NCBI GenBank assembly: GCA_016748015.1
Contig: JAAOMT010000326.1
Location: forward strand, 38,483-102,482
Direction of reading: 5' to 3'
DNA from: Geosiphon pyriformis uo1
Taxonomy: Eukaryota > Fungi > Glomeromycota
Length of the DNA stretch: 64,000 bases
Below the pieces are notes generated by a model, which was not told the DNA's origin, did no database searches, and saw only the letters and a program-made list of their open reading frames with translations. This document shows positions 61,358 through 64,000 of this stretch, piece by piece (position 1 is the first letter of the stretch; each line of letters opens with the position of its first letter). The position numbers were made by a program, and so were the translations under genes.

Positions 61358-64000
61358 CTGTTTATTTGAGATTGTCTTTCTCAAAACAAGATTGACAAAA
61401 AACTGAACATTTGAATACACTTTAGCCAAGCTAAGTTTCGACAAACTCTTAGAAGACAAAAAAATACCCAAATAATGCTAAGGTTCTCCTTTTTTGGCAA
61501 CAGAAATAGGCAAGCCACTAACAGTCAGATAAGAGTTTGAAACCCAGCAGTTAATGAAGATGGCCACAGTCTTGTTATTATTTATAGAAATGTTATTAAA
61601 CCTAAAGAATTCTCTAGCAATATTGAGGATGTATTGTGTAGTAGTTTGGCTACTACCAATCCAAATTGTATCATCGATAAAAGCATCAGCAATAAAAAAT
61701 AATGTCAACCCAGTCTGAGATTCTGCCTGGTTAGACTTGAAGACAAAATGAGAATTCAACCTGTAACTACACACACTCTTCTGCCTTTTAACCTCACATA
61801 GAAGCAAATCATAGAATATACACCAAAGAAAAAGTAAGAAAACTTCCTCTTGGTCTAACCCATTATGAACATGATACCCATCAGTTAAGCCAAAGTCTGT
61901 CATTACTTTGTTAACATGACCATTGTAAATACTACCAAAAAATCTAATAAACTTGTCACACATCTTGATTTTAACCAAATTCCTCCTAAGACATTTCTAA
62001 CCAACAGAGTCATAGGTCTTATACATGTTCTGCAAAACCAGTCACAGTTCTCAGTTTTTCTCCAAGGCATCTTTGACCACTGAGCCAATGGCAAAAATAG
62101 GCGATTGCATTGTTGTACCTCTCAAAACAAAGAAATTGTCTTCATGTAAAATATTATAAGTGCTGCAAGCTAAAGAAATCCTATCTGAAAGATCTTTGGA
62201 AAGGATTTTGTGAGCTGTTTCAATCAAAGCAATAAGACAGATATTCATAAAAACACTTTCTCATTCATATGACTTAGAAATTATTAAAACCCAAGTTTCT
62301 CTTTAAGACCCAAATACTAATTCACAAATCAAACACAGATTCAAGAACACCAAAAACATATCCAAAACTGAATTGTTACAGTGTTTCCACAATTCATTAG
62401 AGATGCCAGAAAGACCAGCTGCTTTCCCATCAAACAGATTTAAGACCACAACAAACATATTATCAAAACCAATCAGACACATTACATTAGAAAATGCATT
62501 ATTGAAAACATATTCCAAAGGCTGATATTGGTGAGTCCAATCATCAGAAATATCAAACACCATTTCACATTTCCTAGTCCAATTCTTCATAATCTCATCT
62601 ATCTTAAATTTAACCAAATCAGGCTTTAAAACCAACTCATCACTTACAACCAAATGATCTAACACCATCTTGCAAAAAAAATGCTCCAATACACTCCTGA
62701 TGGTACAACCCTTATCTAATTCAAAACTTTCTATTCTACTGGTAATGGCCCACTTGATATAAGATTCTTTAGCATGCTTAAATTCTAGCAACTTGAAAAA
62801 ACAGTAAGACTTCTTTGCTTTTGCCAGTCCAGAATGAATATCATCAAAAATAGAACCTAAAAGAAAAAGAGACTTTACTTCTGCTGTGCCATTAGAATCA
62901 AGCCTATCCCATATACTCAGCAACAAAGCAAAATCCTTACTTAAAACCAAACAAGAAGCTTTCACCAGCCTAAATACCAACAATTCTAGCTTATAGAACT
63001 TAGAAGACAATTTGATAAAAACACTGTCATAATTTTTGAAACATTTCTTTTTAAATGTTCCATTGGCTGACAAAATCATAATTCTATAAACAATGTCTTA
63101 CATTACATCCAGATCTGAAGACCTCTCAGCTACCACAAACACATCTGAAAACATAATAGCATTAGCAGCTGTAACATCTCTAAATTTGCATCACTTTCTT
63201 TCATCAGCACTTCTAATGTTAAACTTCTAACAATTCTTGTTCACCTGCTTACACTACAAGGACAGCTGAACATCCAACAAACCATCCAGACTTACAGAAA
63301 CAGAAACAGCTACATAATCAGTATCAAAATAATCCACAATACTAGTCATATTGTGACCTATTATCACATTGATTAAATTCAAAAAAACAAACACATAATC
63401 AATTGTCTTAGCAACATCACAAAAATTGCATTATATTGGTAACTTAGCAAATAAGCTTCTAGCTAAAGAGTTTATTAGACCCAAATCAAAGCATTTCCTG
63501 AAACTGGCACATTTACAAAAATCATTCTTATTAAAGTCACCATCAAGAATAACAAAAGAAGATTCATTCACAGTTTTTGCAATAAGAGAATTGATGTCAA
63601 CAGTCTGAAAGAACTGAACTACCAAAGAAGCACCAGCATATAGCCCCAAGATCAATACAGAAAACTTATTCTTGAAAAGCAACTTGACAGAAAAAATTTA
63701 ACTAGGCACTTCACAAACTTTGCACACATGACAAGCCAAAAAAATGTCCATAATAATAGCAATGCCTGAATCCAAGTAACCAGAATTCACACCAAAAGTA
63801 AAGACATGAACACTATCAAACTTGTTTATAATCTATGAATAGATTTTATTTTTCAATTTAGTTTCAATAACAATAAAAATCAAATTGTTCATATTTTTAT
63901 GCCAACAAATTATATTACCCTACTTTGCAGGATTGTTCATTCCCTTAATATTGCAAGTGACAACTTTCCAAACCTTACTATTCATTAAGAAAGACGAAGA
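61358..64000 (-). mobile_element. LINE-d 5' part of ORF2 (APE, RT) and last codons of ORF1
   Basis: ORF2 ATG at 63985 (MNSKVWKVVTCNIKGMNNPAK); GDFN; GLDQEEV and FIDDTIW in ORF 61478-61978. Confidence 0.93.

Overview
The window is AT-rich, CpG-depleted eukaryotic repeat DNA, most likely fungal. The peptides recall Glomeromycota (Geosiphon-like) transposon proteins, but that is from memory and unverified. No host gene, RNA gene or CRISPR array is visible; almost everything is decayed retrotransposon. The backbone is four related LINEs (ORF1 with CCHC; ORF2 APE-RT-RNase H-CCHC), all on the minus strand and apparently head-to-tail. Into them are inserted five Ty3/gypsy-type LTR elements of three families: A1 (1-6556), A2 (17585-47645), C1 nested in A2 (21545-41314), B1 nested in C1 (22426-32299) and A3 (51271-61357), plus solo or partial LTRs. 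The four complete elements have 4-bp TSDs. Comparing copies reveals an unusual shared design: (1) one frame encoding an N-terminal extension, Gag, protease, a Cys-rich domain, dUTPase, RT and RNase H; (2) a conserved stop after RNase H, then a separate ATG-initiated integrase ORF with a ~265-aa unknown C-terminal domain; (3) a conserved AAAGTGGC (GUG) start upstream of an AUG-depleted kilobase; (4) U5 sequences that base-pair with the PBS. All ORFs are broken by C>T/G>A transitions. There are six N gaps, two flanked by exact duplications that are probably assembly artefacts. Alignments and counts were done by eye.
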